From positions 20,088,001-20,152,000 of the forward strand of contig OX597814.1 in the NCBI GenBank assembly GCA_951406725.2: 64,000 nt of DNA, written 5' to 3'. The notes under the pieces are model-generated. The model ran no database searches and was not told the DNA's origin. It saw only the letters and a program-made list of their open reading frames with translations. Source of the DNA: Octopus vulgaris (Eukaryota). Of the stretch, positions 10,901 through 25,900 are shown piece after piece (positions within the stretch are counted from its first letter, which is position 1; each line of letters starts with the position of its first letter). The translations under genes and the position numbers were made by a program.

Positions 10901-13900
10901 GGTTAGTGCTTTGTCTTTCAATATATCATTTTATTCACTAATTTTCTTTCATTGTATTGTATACCTTAGAAAGATTGTTTTGTATGTTTCTTTACTTCAT
11001 GAATAAGTCAGAGATGGATGAAGAAAATACCTAATGTTTAGAAACATTACTTGTAATATTTAGAAGAAACAATGGTGATTTCAGTTTGTAATGAAGATGA
11101 AGAGTGAGAATTGTGTAAAAATTGCAGCGATGTTTCGCTTGTCGTAGCACAAGTTTCCGTTGATTTCCTCCGTCGATTTCCGTAAAAAACTTTTATTTTT
11201 TTACATAAGTAATGAGAGCGAAAGAGACTAAGAGGAAGCGATTTTATGACGAGGAAATTTCTCTTTGAAGTCCCCGTGTGTGTGTTTGATGGGGTGTGGG
11301 AGACAGACAGTATGTTGTGTAAGTGAAGTGCTTCTGTTAGTGTGTGCGAAGAGACAGAGAGTAATGTGTGAAAGAGAGAGATAACTGAAATTTTTTACTC
11401 GGTGTATGTGTATATGTATGTGTGTGTGTGTATGTATCTATCTATGTGTGTGTGTGTGTGTATGTATCTATGTATGTGTGTGTGTGTGTATATGTATGTA
11501 TGTATGTATGGCCGATTCAGTGTTTACATTTTTTACGGAAATCGAGGGAAACGTGTGCTACGACAAGCGAAACTTCGCCAAAATTGCTATTTTAACAATA
11601 TCTGGGATAGAGTTTGACTAGGGAAATAGAAATAATTCAGTTGAAGAAAGGTTTTACTATTTTCTATGATTACACACTGCTTCTAATTACTTGAATAAAA
11701 GTGCAGACATGGCTGTGTGGTTAAAATGTTTACTTTCCAGACACTTGCCCAAGGTCCCACTGCATAGCAAGTGTCTTCTACTAGAGCCCTGGACCAATTG
11801 AAACCTTTTGAATGGATTTGGTTTTTGGAAACTGAAAGAAGCCCACTGTGTTAATACATGTGTGTGTGTGTTGTTTGGATATTGTGTGATTTTTGTAAAT
11901 GAGCATCACTTGTACAAGTGGTGTCTTTCACTTCAGTGTCCTATATAAGCATAGGCACAGGAGTGGCTGTGTGGTAAGTAGCTTGCTAACCAACCACATG
12001 GTTCTGGGTTCAGTCCCACTGCGTGGCATCTTGGGCAAGTGTCTTCTGCTATAGCCCCAGGCCGACCAATGCCTTGTGAGTGGATTTGGTAGACGGAAAC
12101 TGAAAGAAGCCTGTCGTATATGTGTATGTGTTTGTCTCCCTAGCATTGCTTGACAACCGATGCTGGTGTGTTTACGTCCCCGCCACTTAGCGGTTCGGCA
12201 AAAGAGACCGATAGAATAAGTACTGGGCTTACAAAGAATAAGTCCCGGGGTCAATTTGCTCGACTAAAGGCGGTGCTCCAGCATGGCCGCAATCAAATGA
12301 CTGAAACAAGTAAAAGTGTATATCCACCATGAAGGAAATATTGGTTTCAAATTTTGGCACAAGGCCAGCAATTTCAGGGAAGGGATTAAGTAAATTACAT
12401 TGATCCCAGTATTCAACTGGTGCAGATTTTATTGACCCTGGTGGAATTCAAACTCAGAATGTAAAGACAAGACGAAATACCACTAAGCATTTTGCCTGGC
12501 ATGCTATCAATTCTGCCAGCTCACTACCTTACCATAGGAAAATATTACCTGAGGGTTGGCAACAGGAGTGGCATCTGTTTGAAAAAATCTTTTGCAATGA
12601 ATTCCACCTAACCTATGCAAGCATGGAAAAGCAGGTGTTAAAAGGTGATGTTGATGATGTATGAATTTCTTTTCATGAGTTGATAATAGTAATCTATTTT
12701 TTTAGTAACCTTGTAAAACCAGCAAGAAAAGAGGCAGTTTAATGTAGTATAGTTGATATTTTTAAAACTCTTGTTAGCTTCAGAATTGGAATGTCTATGA
12801 AGTGAGCTTCCTAAATAATTCTAAAATACCCTAGCTTTAGAATCTGTTAATCATAACAGATTTGAAATACAGACTTTTATTGGCTAGATTAAGCAATAAA
12901 AGTTGTGTTTAAAAGGCACATTTATTATAAAAATATAATTTTAAGTGTTAAAGAAATAAATAAAATGTAAACAGGTTTTTAATGCATTCTTCCAGAAAGC
13001 TGAAGGTTATCTGACTCTGGGCTAGATTTATAGATTTTATAAGGAAAAATATGTTGTTGAGAATATGCTTTTGGAAGAAGTTCAATGAGAAATTGGTATA
13101 TTCCTGCAGGATCTGAATGAATTTGTAATTTTGAAGGAAAAATAGAATTAGAATTGAAGAAATATGAAACTTTTAGAAATGCATGTGAAAGGTATATCCT
13201 CAATTACACCCATCACCCATCATTCTTTTACGATAATGGGAAATGGCACAGCTAAATCTGAGTTTTGTTGATAGGTCCCAGGTCAGCTCATATCAAATAG
13301 ACCAATGATCAAAGACACTCCAACAGTGAACATTCTATCTTATTTTATCTAAGACTACATTATCCAATGATTTTTTTTTATATAATTTAAATATTGAATA
13401 TGGTATGAAGAGATTTGGCTGCTACTTCTAACAGGTTGCAAACCATATAGAGGCTCCCCTGACACTTGTTCAAGCTGCTATGTAGTGGGACTGAATCCAA
13501 AGCTATATCGTTGGAGGAGTGAACTTCTTAACCATAGTCAAGTTTGTGCCTTTTAGCACACTATCCATAGCACAACACCTGCTTCACTCATGATCAACAC
13601 AACTAAAATTTTTGCATGCTTAATTAATGCTTTGCTTCACAAAGTCTGATGATCCCTCATGTGGCAACCACACCTTTAATATACTCATAACATACTAAAG
13701 TCTAGTTGTTTTTTTATGCTAGAAGACATTGCAGCTTTAAACACCTGCTGATCCTCAACAAGGCTAAAATGGGCCCTGCAATAGATTACTGTTCACATAT
13801 CTGGAATGGCACAACTTTTATATGTGCAAACATTCTATACTGTATTTCAAGTAGGCCATGTAACTGATTGGTAAACCATCATACACAACAACCACAAGCA

Positions 13901-16900
13901 CATCAATACACTATATCTCCCTCTGTGTTTTTACCGTTGCTACAACATTCCTTTACTTCTAAACTAACAAGCTGTGTTCCATCTGATACATTTCCTTCCT
14001 ACCCACTTTTATCCTATATGTCTTATATTACAAATGTCCAAATTAAATTTCAACTATCTACTACAAGCCTGAAAAGTCCAGGATAGACTTTTTAACTAAT
14101 GATCATCTTTGTTTATTCTTTGGAGTCTGATTGCATGTAACAAAATATTGAATATATATATATATATGAAAAGAATTTTGGAAATCTGTGTTAGACTTAT
14201 TCTTCCTTGAAATAATTTATAGCATTATACTCTACAAGAATCTTTTATGTTCATATATAAACTGTCTGCTATTTTCTTTATTTTTACATGCCATAATTTA
14301 TTTATTTAATTTTTTTTTTGAGTTATGCCTTTTATTTTCTCCAGGTTTTAAGAAATAAAATTTTCAAAGAAAAGGAAATTATATTATTAACCAAATCAAT
14401 TATGAAAAGGAAATATATTCTACATGAAATGTAAGAATTTATTCTGTTCGAAGTTTTTACTTATATCCTTGCGGTAATAATTCCCAACGTCTATTTTACT
14501 ATTTTTTTAAAATGTAGACATTTTCATAAATATATTACTTCATAAATTTTAAAAAATACTACCATTTGTAAAATTATACAAATTATACAAATTTCACATT
14601 TGATATTACTGAAGAGAAGAAGAGTCATTTATAAATGCTTATCAATACAGGATTCCATTATTCTATATTATCTAAGTATATGAACTATATTTGGAATACA
14701 AGACAATATAACGGATTTTACATATGAATATTATGGATTATTACAGAAGACTAACCAAGGAAGTATATATTGATTTAAAGACTCGTATTTTCTGTAAATG
14801 ATTGTTGCTTCTTTTGTTTTTTTCCAGTTATGGTCATGGTACTGATGAATCCGTGGTGCTGGCAGCAGTTTTAAAATATATTCCAAATATTGTGAAATGG
14901 ATTGAGCATCATACAAATTTTATGAAGCAACAGAGGTAAGAATTGTATATTCAGTTTAAACTGAAGTAGAAGATTGCTGTAATGTTGCTGATGACAAATT
15001 AATAATATTGAAGCTTTTTTTCTCAGTAAAGCATCATTTGTATTTTAAAATCTCTTGGTGGGCTATTTGCATTGATATGTTTGAGTAATAAATATATTGG
15101 TAATAGCTTAGATGATACTGTAAAGAACTTTGTGTGAATATCTTCTCTTGTACTTTCGGGGTACAAGAAAGCAATCACTAGCCGTTGCTTTAATAATCCA
15201 GAATTCTACCAGTCAGAAACAAACAAGAGGCAGACGTAAAAGATATATATACTACTTTATTCTCTAATGTGGTAACAGTAACAATAAGTGGTTATCTGGT
15301 ATCCCTTTGGTTCTGGGCGCGCAAGGCTGAAAGTTAATCGATTGTAATATTTACAATGTTCAGCCGCTAAAAACAGAACGGGTTAAAGATGGCGTCCGGA
15401 GGAAGAAGATGAGGTCTGCAACAATTTGGTTAAAGGCCTTTTGGTATGGTGCTGCTAGAATCAAGTCCTGACGGAGAGAAAATATGCGTGACCGTCGCCT
15501 TCAGTCGCTGCTTGCTGGACGCTGGTGGTCAATGTCTTACGACCCCCTTGCCTCGGCTAACTGCTACGTAGGCAAAAGGGTTCTTCCTCCGGTGCTTCGC
15601 GCATGCGCGAGAGGGCCCTTCCTCTCTCTGCCTTGGTAAAGGCACCAACACGCGCGAGATACAAATGGACGGTGCGCGAGTGCGCACCGTTATCGGATCA
15701 CTACAATACAATTACCAAACAACTTATATACCAAGCATGTGTTGTTGTTAGCAACATGTTACAACTATCCCTTATGCTTTTGTGAACTCTAAGTGGTTAA
15801 TAAAGAAAATGTTGTACCAAGTATGTATTATTTCATTAGTCAAGCTCTGCTGTACATAAGTGTACAACAGACTAGATGTTATTATATATAGAGAATCTGG
15901 TGTTTGACCTTCCTCACATTTATGTACAAACACACATGAATGATCACTACCAATGCTCTTGACCTATAATTGTTGTGACTTGACAGTTTTGTTCGCGAAT
16001 ATAGTAATGAGAATTATTCTTTGAACCATTAAAAAAATGAAAGCTATTAATAGAGCATCAGTTAATGCTGAGTTTGAAAATTCATCTTTTTATTCAGATG
16101 TAAATGCAATAAAAAAAAATAGTTGATACAGACTCATAAATAATGGATCTGATTTTGAAATTTTTCCTTCTCATTTTGTAATGCTATTTATCTGTTTATC
16201 TTTTGATTCAGTGATATTGATGTCAGAAGAACTATAGTTACGTCTGTCTGTGATATTGAAGAAAATATTTGGTCACCCAGGTAAGTTTGGACTCAGTTTC
16301 ATTTGGCTAAGCTACCTTGGAATAATACTTTATGGATCATGTTATCATTTCTTCCCTCTCTCCTTCACTTTACATTGTATTTCTTCCAGTTTTCCTTCTT
16401 TTCATTTTTTAAATGAATTGATTTTTTTTTAAATAACATAATAAAGGATAACTCATTATCATCATCATCTACTCTGTAATTTTCCACTACCAACCTCTCC
16501 CACTATAAATCTGTTCCTCTTATACTTTACTCTCTTTCATAACCTTGCTTAAAATCAAACTCTCTTTCAGTCTCTTTCAGTCATAGAGGCTACTATAGGT
16601 TCTTTAGTTTCACTAGTTGCGAAGTGACTTTACTAGTGTTGGTATTACAGAAAAAAAGCATCCAGTACAATCTGTAAAGTGGTTGGCATCAAGAAGGGTA
16701 TCTAGCTGTTGAAATCTAGCTTTTAAACACTGTAGTCCTCTGATTTGTTGCATTCTGTTGAACTGTCCAACTCAGGCAGATGTTAGGTGGTGGCAATGGC
16801 AGTCAAATCCCATTGGAGTCCTTTTTTTTCATTTTTGTGGGATTCCTTCTTAATATGAGATGGTATCAAAATGTTCCTGGTCTAGTTATGTTTAATAAAA

Positions 16901-19900
16901 AATAACTTGTTTACTTAAGTTTTAACATCAAACCCTTTGAAATAGTCACTTTGCACAGCAATACATCGGTCCTAGCATTCCTGCCACTATTTAAATCCAT
17001 TCTGGAAGCCATTATCTGTGAACAAGTTGAAGACCTTCTTCAATTCACTCTTGATCTTGACAACAGTATTAAAAAAGCGACCTTTTAGCTGCATTTTCAT
17101 CTTGGGGAAGAGATGGAAGCCTGCAAGTGCTAAATCTGGCAACTAGGGTGGATGCAGAAGCGATACCATGTTTTTGGTGAGAAACTCACAAGTGACTCAG
17201 TGTAGTCATAAAGAATCCAATTCTTCATGCTCCAAAGATCCGGTCACGTGGCAGGGAGCAATTCTTGATGCACAATACCACATATGTTGAAGAAATGATG
17301 TGTATGCTCTTGATTGAGCTGTGGCTCTATCATGTGCCCATGTACCACTCGAAACATTGCATTTGACCCATTGCCTCTTCACCATAAGCTTGCCGAAGCA
17401 TGTTCAATGTCTCTGTAGTAGATTTCCCAAGTTTAATGCAAAATTTCATGTTGACTCTTTGTTCAAACTTCCTGTTCATGACAAAAATTGTAGACTACAG
17501 CATACACGTGATCACCAAAAAAAACACATTTCACACAGCAGTGTCACTTCACACACTCCCTCATGATGGTCACTGCTAGCACTTACTGCACATATCCATG
17601 TACTGACATCTGTTGGCACACTACAGAACCAGTCCAGGAACTTTTTGATACCACCTCTTATATGTGTCAGTAATTTACTGTGGTTGCTTCAGTTGGCTAT
17701 GAACTCTTCCTTTGTGCCCAAAGAAATAAAAAAATTTATATTTAAAAGATAACCAGTCAGAATTGTGGAGAAAAGACATACTACATACATTCTCTGTCAA
17801 AAATATAAAATCTACCTTTTTTACTACTTAATCAAGATATCTAATCTATCAAATATTCAATTATTTCATATGAATATTTAATATCCCTAAAAAGCATTTT
17901 CGTTAAGGCAATACAGCCTTAGCTTCACTGATTTATAATATTGCTAAATGCAAAGAACATGTCTTCAGTATGAGGACAATTTCTTTGTTCTTCCACCATT
18001 GTCAATCTTGGAGGCCCTGAAAAATTCAATAGGCACTGCTCTTCCTCCTGTGACTAAACTTTAAATAATTCACCAGTACAAAGAAAGTGTTTATTAGGAT
18101 GATGATGATGTCTCTTATGAAAAATTAAGCTATTAGAACTAAAAATCAGTCATAGCCTGAAAATTTTTGGGAGTATTTCTTTGGAAAATTGGTAATTTCT
18201 TTAAGTTACTTAATAATAGGTGCAGACAATCTGCATGGTTAAGAGGTTTGAAAGCTCTATGCAACATCTTAAAAAAGTATCTTGTACTATAGCCTTGTGA
18301 GTGAAATTTGGTAGACAGAAACAGTGTAGAAGTCTGTCAGATATGTATTGATGTAAATGGAACATACTAGTGGGATGTTGTCTCTGACCTGTCTAAGAGG
18401 GCAGTATCCAAGTAAGATCTGACTTGGACCCTTAACTTGCTTAACCCTATGCCAATATGGATAATGGTTAAGTAAATAGCAGAAAGGACACTGATGATGA
18501 ATTTATATAATGTGTATCAGAATAGAATCACAAAATTGGTGAGCCAAATGACAATATCTTATAATATTATAGGTGTAGACATTGCTGTATGATTAAGAAA
18601 TTTGCTTCCCAGCCAAATGGTTTCAGTTCCACTGCATGGCATCTTGAGTAAGTGTCTTCTACTACAGACCTGGTCTACTCAGATCCTGTGTGTAGATTTG
18701 ATAGATAGAAACTGAAAGAAGCCCATTGTGTGTGTGTGTGTCTTGACATTGCATGTTAGTTGTAAATGCGTGTCACTGACATACAAGCAGTGTCATTCAT
18801 TTTTAATATTCTGCAGAAACATGTCTGACCATGGGGGAAATATTACCTTGTTTGGAAATAGCTAAGGGTTGGTGACTAGAAGGGCATCTGGATGTTGAAA
18901 GACTGCCTCAATAAACACCTGATCTGTGCAAGTATGGAATAGTGGATGTTAAAATGATGGTTCCAATCCATTTCAGTTATGTCTCTTTATGCCCAGTTGA
19001 CTCTGTCTTTTGTCCTCCTAGGATGATAAAATAATTAACTAAAACTAACAATAGCAGTGCTCCAGCATGGCCACAATCTTATGACCGAAACCTGTAAAAG
19101 ATTATTTCTGAACTTTACAATTTTTTTCTCTGTAGGTTTGGTTTGAAAGGAAAAATCGATCTCACTGTGGAAATCAAAGTAAGTTAAAATAGTTATAGAT
19201 GTTTTGTTAGATATTTATTAACCTTTCTATATTACATAGATAAAGATATACATATATAATATAAATCTTTTTATATTATTTAAACACATACCTCTTGTTT
19301 TCTTTTTGGCTTGCATTTTTTGAAGGTGTGTGACCTAATGGTTAGGCTGTTGCACTCACAATTGTAAAATTGTTGGTTCCCAGATTGGGCATTGCATTGT
19401 ACTCTTGATCAAAACAATTTATTTTACATTGCTCCAGTCCACTCGGCTGTAAATGAGTTCCAGCAATAGCTAGGCAGTTAACCCTGTGATGAACCAGCAT
19501 CTTGTTCATGGGGTGTATTATAATCTGACACTTATATGCTAGAGAAACTGTGTTAGGCTCTAGCCTTATGAGTTCTAAGGTTCATGACAGATCTACGTCA
19601 AGTCTTTTATGCATGCATTTTCAAGCAAGCAAAGGTGGGTTTTGTTTTCTTGTGTCAGTTCTTTTATATTTCCACATGACATTAGTGCTAATTGCATAAA
19701 CCTGTTGGCAGAATAATTGAACCTACAGAGTTATGTGCCTTCAAAACAATAGCAGCTAAATCACCATATCGTATTAAAAGATGCAGTGGACAATGTAATT
19801 CTAGATAGAATATATCTGGGGTCACTATGCATAAAAAGTATATTGTTACAGCTGGAACACCCGTGATCACATTGATTTCTGTGTTTTGAGACTGACCTGG

Positions 19901-22900
19901 AGTTGGAACAAAAGCTATAAGGAAAACTTGAACTCATAGCTATATGGTCAGCATAACTCAACTTGTTGAAACATTTCCTGTTTTCACTATATATTTATGA
20001 AGTGTTAAAAAATGAGCTGGTTCATGGCAATTATTAATTGTTTTTTATCCCCATATTGAAACACTTTGTAATGTAAGCAAGTGAAAGGCAGCTTACAAAA
20101 TGAATGGCAACTTAGTTGATCTTTCTATCAATATTACTGTGATCATTAATGCGCTGAGCTGGCAGAATCGTTAGCATGCCCAGCAAAATGCTTAGCGGCA
20201 TTTCATCTGTCTTTACTTTCTCAGTTCAAATTCCACCGAGGTCAACTTTGCCTTTCATCTTTCAGGGGGCATTGATGTAATTGGCTTACCTCCTCTCTTG
20301 AGCTTGCTGGCCTTGTACCAAAATTTGAAACCAATATTACTGTATTCATATATATTAGAAACATTCCGAAACATATTCTGAAGCATTCATAAGTATGTTC
20401 AAAGCTCAGAACTAGAAACTACTGGATGTTTCTAGAACCAACAAATTCCAGCATTGGCATGACTTTGTTGTGATTGCTATTCATTCCAAATTGTTGTTCT
20501 ATTTTCTTGCTGTCTCTCTTTATCTTGTGGTTTGTACTCAACTTTAAAAGTATATTTTCTTTCTGTCTTTATATAATCTTTATTCTGATGGAATGTCAGG
20601 ATAATACTGAAAATTCAGTTACTCTTTCTGCAACTAATATATAAATTATATAGTTATATGTTATTATCTAACAACAGACACACCATTTAAAAAGGAAAGT
20701 AGTGCCCCTTGAATTGAAGACTGGAAATCCTTCTTTTTCTGCTGAACATAAAGGCCAGGTAATATATTTGATTTTTGTAGCACTGTAGGCATGACTGTTT
20801 GGTTAACAAACTTGCTTCACATCCATGTGGTTTCAGGTTCACTTCCACTGAGTGGCATTTTGGGCAAGTGTCTTCTACTTTAGTCTCAGGCTGACCAAAG
20901 CCTTGTGAATGGATTTGGGTGAGGGGAAACTGAAAGAATATTGTGTGTATATGTTTGTATGTTGAGCTATAAATCTTACTGAAAATAGTTCATGATTTAA
21001 CTGAAGTTTCATAAATGCGCAAATATGCCCTGATAGATGTAAGCATTTGTCTTTTTATGCATTTCTCTGAACAAAAAGAGTGAATAAACTGATTTGTGTT
21101 TCCACTCAAGTTGGAGTCTTCCTCAGTGGGTGTATTTGTCTTTTTCTGTTCACAGAGAAATCTGTAACTTATGGCTTAATAAGTCCATCAAATATTACCT
21201 ATATCAGCAAACTGGAGATTCTAATTTGTATAACAGTACATATGCTGGTAAGTAATTAAATTAATTGCAAAACTGTGCTCTGTGCACCTGAGAAAAGATA
21301 TAGGTACAGTTTCTTAATTCACAATTATAACATTTCTTCTGTTGTACAACCTACAAAAGTTAACAATTCCAAGTTGTTAAGAGATTTGTTTTACTTATGA
21401 TTTCTTTCATTTTCTCTTAGACAAGTAGTCTTGTTTGTTGTATTTGTATTGTATTTTACCAGTGCCGCCTTGACTGGCTTCCATAAAATGCACCAATCCG
21501 ACCGTGGCCGATGCCAGCCTCGCCTGGCACCAGTGCAGGTGGCACGTAAAAAGCACCCACTACACTCACGGAGTGGTTGGCGTTAGGAAGGGCATCCAGC
21601 TGTAGAAACTTTGCCAGATAAGACCGGAGCCTGGTGCAGCCTTCTGGCTTCCCAGATCCCCGGTCGAACCGTCCAACCCATGCTAGCATGGAGAACGGAC
21701 GTTAAACGATAATGAACAATTGCAGAAGTTGTTGAATTATTTGCATTTCTTTTATTTTTTAATCTTATGTTTTTCTTTTACTTGTTTGTCTTAAATAGAC
21801 TAAGGTCTTGGCGGCACATATTTTGATGAGAAAATACCTTAATGTATTAGGTTACACAATCTGAAGGAAATTGTAAGACTAGAAACAAGTAAAAAAATGT
21901 ACTAAGTAGCAATTAAATAAATTACTGATTTTCAATAAAGGTATTTTCTCTACCTTCCATTATTTCATTTTTTGTCTCTATTCCAGGTTACTTTGTACAC
22001 TATGATGATGTCTGATCGCCGGGAAGATCCAAAAGAGGGTTTACTTCTTTACTTAAAAGATCAACCAAACATGAGTCCTGTTTCAACTGAACATCAAAAC
22101 AAAAGAGGTATAAGAATAATTAACCAAATGTGTTCGTTATTATTCATTACAGATCTAAAGATTAATTTCACTTTGCTGACCAATCTAAAATATAGAACTA
22201 TAGCATAATATTTGAGTAACTATATAGATTTTGGTTGATAATGCCAAGACTTAGTTCTTGAATATGGTAGATTATGTTTTTATGATTCAATTAAAAAAAT
22301 TAAGTTTCACTCAGTTTATTTTTATTCTTTTACTTGTTTCAGTCATATTAGTTAGGAATTAGAAAGAAGGGGTATGTTTCTGAGAGGTGAAGGAATTTGA
22401 AATTCACAAATAACAGCAAAGCTGAAGTTGATTTCCACTTACCACAACCACCCTTTACAACAGTTATAACTAAAAAGATTTGTCCGTCTGCCTCATGGTC
22501 CCAGCAGACAAAATGAAAAAGGCATTACTCCAGAGGATGGTGAGAGAGATGTGCTGGAACGACCACTCCAACTCATGGGGCTTGCACTTGTGGAAAACTA
22601 TTTTAGTGAGCAGGGATGTAGTGTGATGGTCAAGAAAAGTTGAGGTCTCCACTGCACAAACTTGACCGTCTGTCAGAAAGTGGACATGGACTGCAACCAT
22701 GTTGGGGCATTGTCATGAGGGGCTAAGTTGAACAGGCTGAAAGCATGACTAAGTTGTTCTAGTTATGCATTTTCAAATATCAAAGTAGCACAACAATATA
22801 ATCAATACTTTTAGGATCTTGAACTTCTCAGAGGAGATAACAAGAGACCAAGGTGACTAGTGATATGCAGTTCTCTAGAAGACCTACACAACTCAGTGGA

Positions 22901-25900
22901 ACTAAGTTCTGGAAGCACTGTGCATGTGTTTGTGTGTATACACACTCACACAGCTGGGCCCCTTGTTCAATTTCTTCCACCAAGTCACCCCCATTGCCCT
23001 TCATCTCCCTAAATGCAACTTTTCCTTGATATTGGCTAATCTTTCTTACTACCTGCAACCATTTCACTTGATGTCCGTCTTTCATCTTTAATATTGTCAT
23101 TCACCCCAAGCCGCCATATTGTCTTACCTTCACTACTGGAGAGACTCACTCTCTCCATGCACTACACCTACTGCTCTTCTCCCCCCACTCACAACTGTCC
23201 AACCTCCTGTCACTTCTCTCTCTCTCTTCACCAGACTTCGTATCACTTTCATGCATCATTAGTCACTCCTACCCTTTATTCACCATTCATTATATCCGCT
23301 CCTCAACCCTATCCAGTCTCTACAGTTTTCACCTACTCTTCCCTACCTCACCTACTTATCATTCAACACTTGCTCATTCATTATATTCACCCCTTTGTCC
23401 ATTCTCCATCTTTCACTCTCCTATATGTCCTAGTAACCATTACTCACTCACACTTCTGGTTCTTTTGTCTCTATTCCCCTTTATTTGCCTCTTACTTTTG
23501 AGAGTTCACATAAACACCTCATCACCTTACACCCTTTAATATGGCTAACCATGTATCTCCTCTGCAACAAAAAACCTGTTCTATTCTGGCCTTTTCTGTC
23601 ATACTTTAATTCCCTCATCTTGTAGCATAAAGTTTTGTTGTCTTGCAAGTTACATGGTGACCTCGCTAGTGTTAGTAGTACCAAAAGAGCAGCCAGTACA
23701 CGCTGTAAAGCGGTTGGTAAGGCATTTAGTTGTAAAAACCATGCTATAGTAGACAGTCAAGTCATTGTATAACCATCCAGTCCATACCAGGATGGGAACA
23801 TGGATGTTAAATAATGATAGTTCATACACAGGAATATGGAATAGTTTTTAAAAATAGGTTCAAATTGATTACTAACAGAAAAAAAAATTTTACAAACACC
23901 AATGTTTTTATATTTTTACACTTGAAAAATTTCATTGATTGCATTTTTTTTTTTTTTTTTTTTTCCATTAACAGGATTAATCCAGCTCAGAAATGAGATT
24001 TTGTATTATATACAAAACAGTTTACTTAGAGAGAATTCACTTCCAGACGATTTATCAAAACTGCTTGGTAAATTACCTGAGCCCATCAACAATGTGTCTG
24101 CTTGTAGTAAATGTCCCCATCTTCTAAGCTGCTCTATTTATCAAAAGTAAGTTAATTTTAATTGACTTTGTCATTTTTACATTCACTTTTCCATGCTTAA
24201 ATATGTTGGATAGGTCTTTTCCAACACATTTGTCTCACATGTTTTGCCATTTGTTGTATTCCTTTGTCAGGTCTTTTGTGAGGTTTGACATCCTGAGATT
24301 ATCTTTTACTACTTCTGTTCATATCTTCCTTGGTCCTCTTCTTTCCACTTGGATATCCTGGCACTTTACTCATCTGTTATTCTCCTTACTCATCACAGTT
24401 CTTGCACAGTACATCTAATTCCTCTTATACCTAGTTTATCTTTCAGCTCATCTGTACAACAATGGTCATACATACTAACATTATATATATATATATATAT
24501 CCAATAGAGCATGGGTGCTTCATCTCTTGCCAGCCTTTACATATATTCTACTTGGCGACATCTTATAACTAAGTGATATGTGATAGTAAAGAAGACTTAC
24601 CCATCTCAATGAAACTAAGATTCTGGGAGTACAATGTATATATGACCAACTGGGTCTCTCACACAGTTGCCTTCTCAAGCCATCCCCAACATCTCGCCCA
24701 TAAATACATCTCCATCACTTGCCTAACTACTGTTTTCTCTGCTGAAGTAGATGTGAGCGCAGATCTCTATATTTCACTAGCTTTATTGAATTATTGCTTT
24801 TCCATTACTATACATCTTTTCCCTCTCTCCAGGCATTATGCTTGCCTCTCAGCTTACACACTTGCAACCTACCCAGTCACTTGTCAGGTTGCAAGAGTAT
24901 TTGTACAATCATCACTTAACATCCACTTTTTGCATGCTTGCATGGGTCGGAGTTTGTTGAGGCAGATTTGCTACAGCTACATGCCCTTCCTGTTGCCAGC
25001 TCTCACCAGTTTTCAAGCAAGCTAACATTTCTCTATGGTCGGACATGTTTTTATAAAATAGTGGATATGAATAACACTCCTTCTATGGCATTGACACACA
25101 TTTACAGCTAACACGATGTCAAGACAAAAGCAGATACAAACTTACATTTTCATACACACATACAGACACAAAAATATGTGTATATATGTATATATATGTG
25201 TATGTATACACATATACACACACATGTATTTATATGATAAGTTCCTTTGTTACCATCTACCAAATCTTCACAAGGCTTAGACTAAGACTATAGTAGAAAA
25301 CACTTGCCCAAGGTGCCATGCAATGAAATCGAACCCAGAACTATGTGGTTGAGAGGCAAACTTCTTAACCACACAGCTATACCTGTATCATTATTATTTT
25401 CTTTTCACTCCTTTCTGTACTGTCACTTATCTACTCTGTTCTTACCCCCTCCTCATATATCATTGATCACTCCATCACTTTATCCACCCTTCAACCCTAC
25501 CTAATCTCTACAGTCATCACCTGCCTACTCTTTCCTGCCTTTCTTCCAATGTATATCTATCATCCTTCAACACTTGTTCTTCATTCTTTATATTCACCCC
25601 ATCACCTATTCCACATCTCTTACCATCCCTCACTCTCCTCATAGACTTTTCAACCTGTACCTATTCACACTTCTTGTTCTGAAAAGTGGAAGAATAGGTT
25701 GATGGCTAACAGGGCTGTGTAGTTACAGACAGGTCACAGGTGTGTGTTTCTGTAAGTTAGATATTTATAAGGAGAGAAAGTTTGAAAAGTTTGTTGAGGA
25801 GAAAAGCCAGCTCAAAAGCATCTTGTTTGCATATTTTGCTTTTTAAATACATAATTTGTAATTTTTTATACCACTGAGTATTCTGAATTTTATTGTACTG

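Noticed and set aside
11951-12030. tRNA-like sequence with A and B boxes
   Set aside because: SINE head continuing into SINE body in many copies; no complete cloverleaf, so not called a tRNA gene.
14463-14471. ATATCCTTG, a U12-like donor just downstream of exon 8
   Set aside because: Using it would include an in-frame TAA; the GT donor at 14431 gives the right phase with a normal AG acceptor.
22960-23820. CT-rich stretch with a 135-aa ORF (similar tracts at ~25380 and ~45520)
   Set aside because: Low-complexity, degenerate repeat sequence leading into an old family B-like tail; no splice or homology support.
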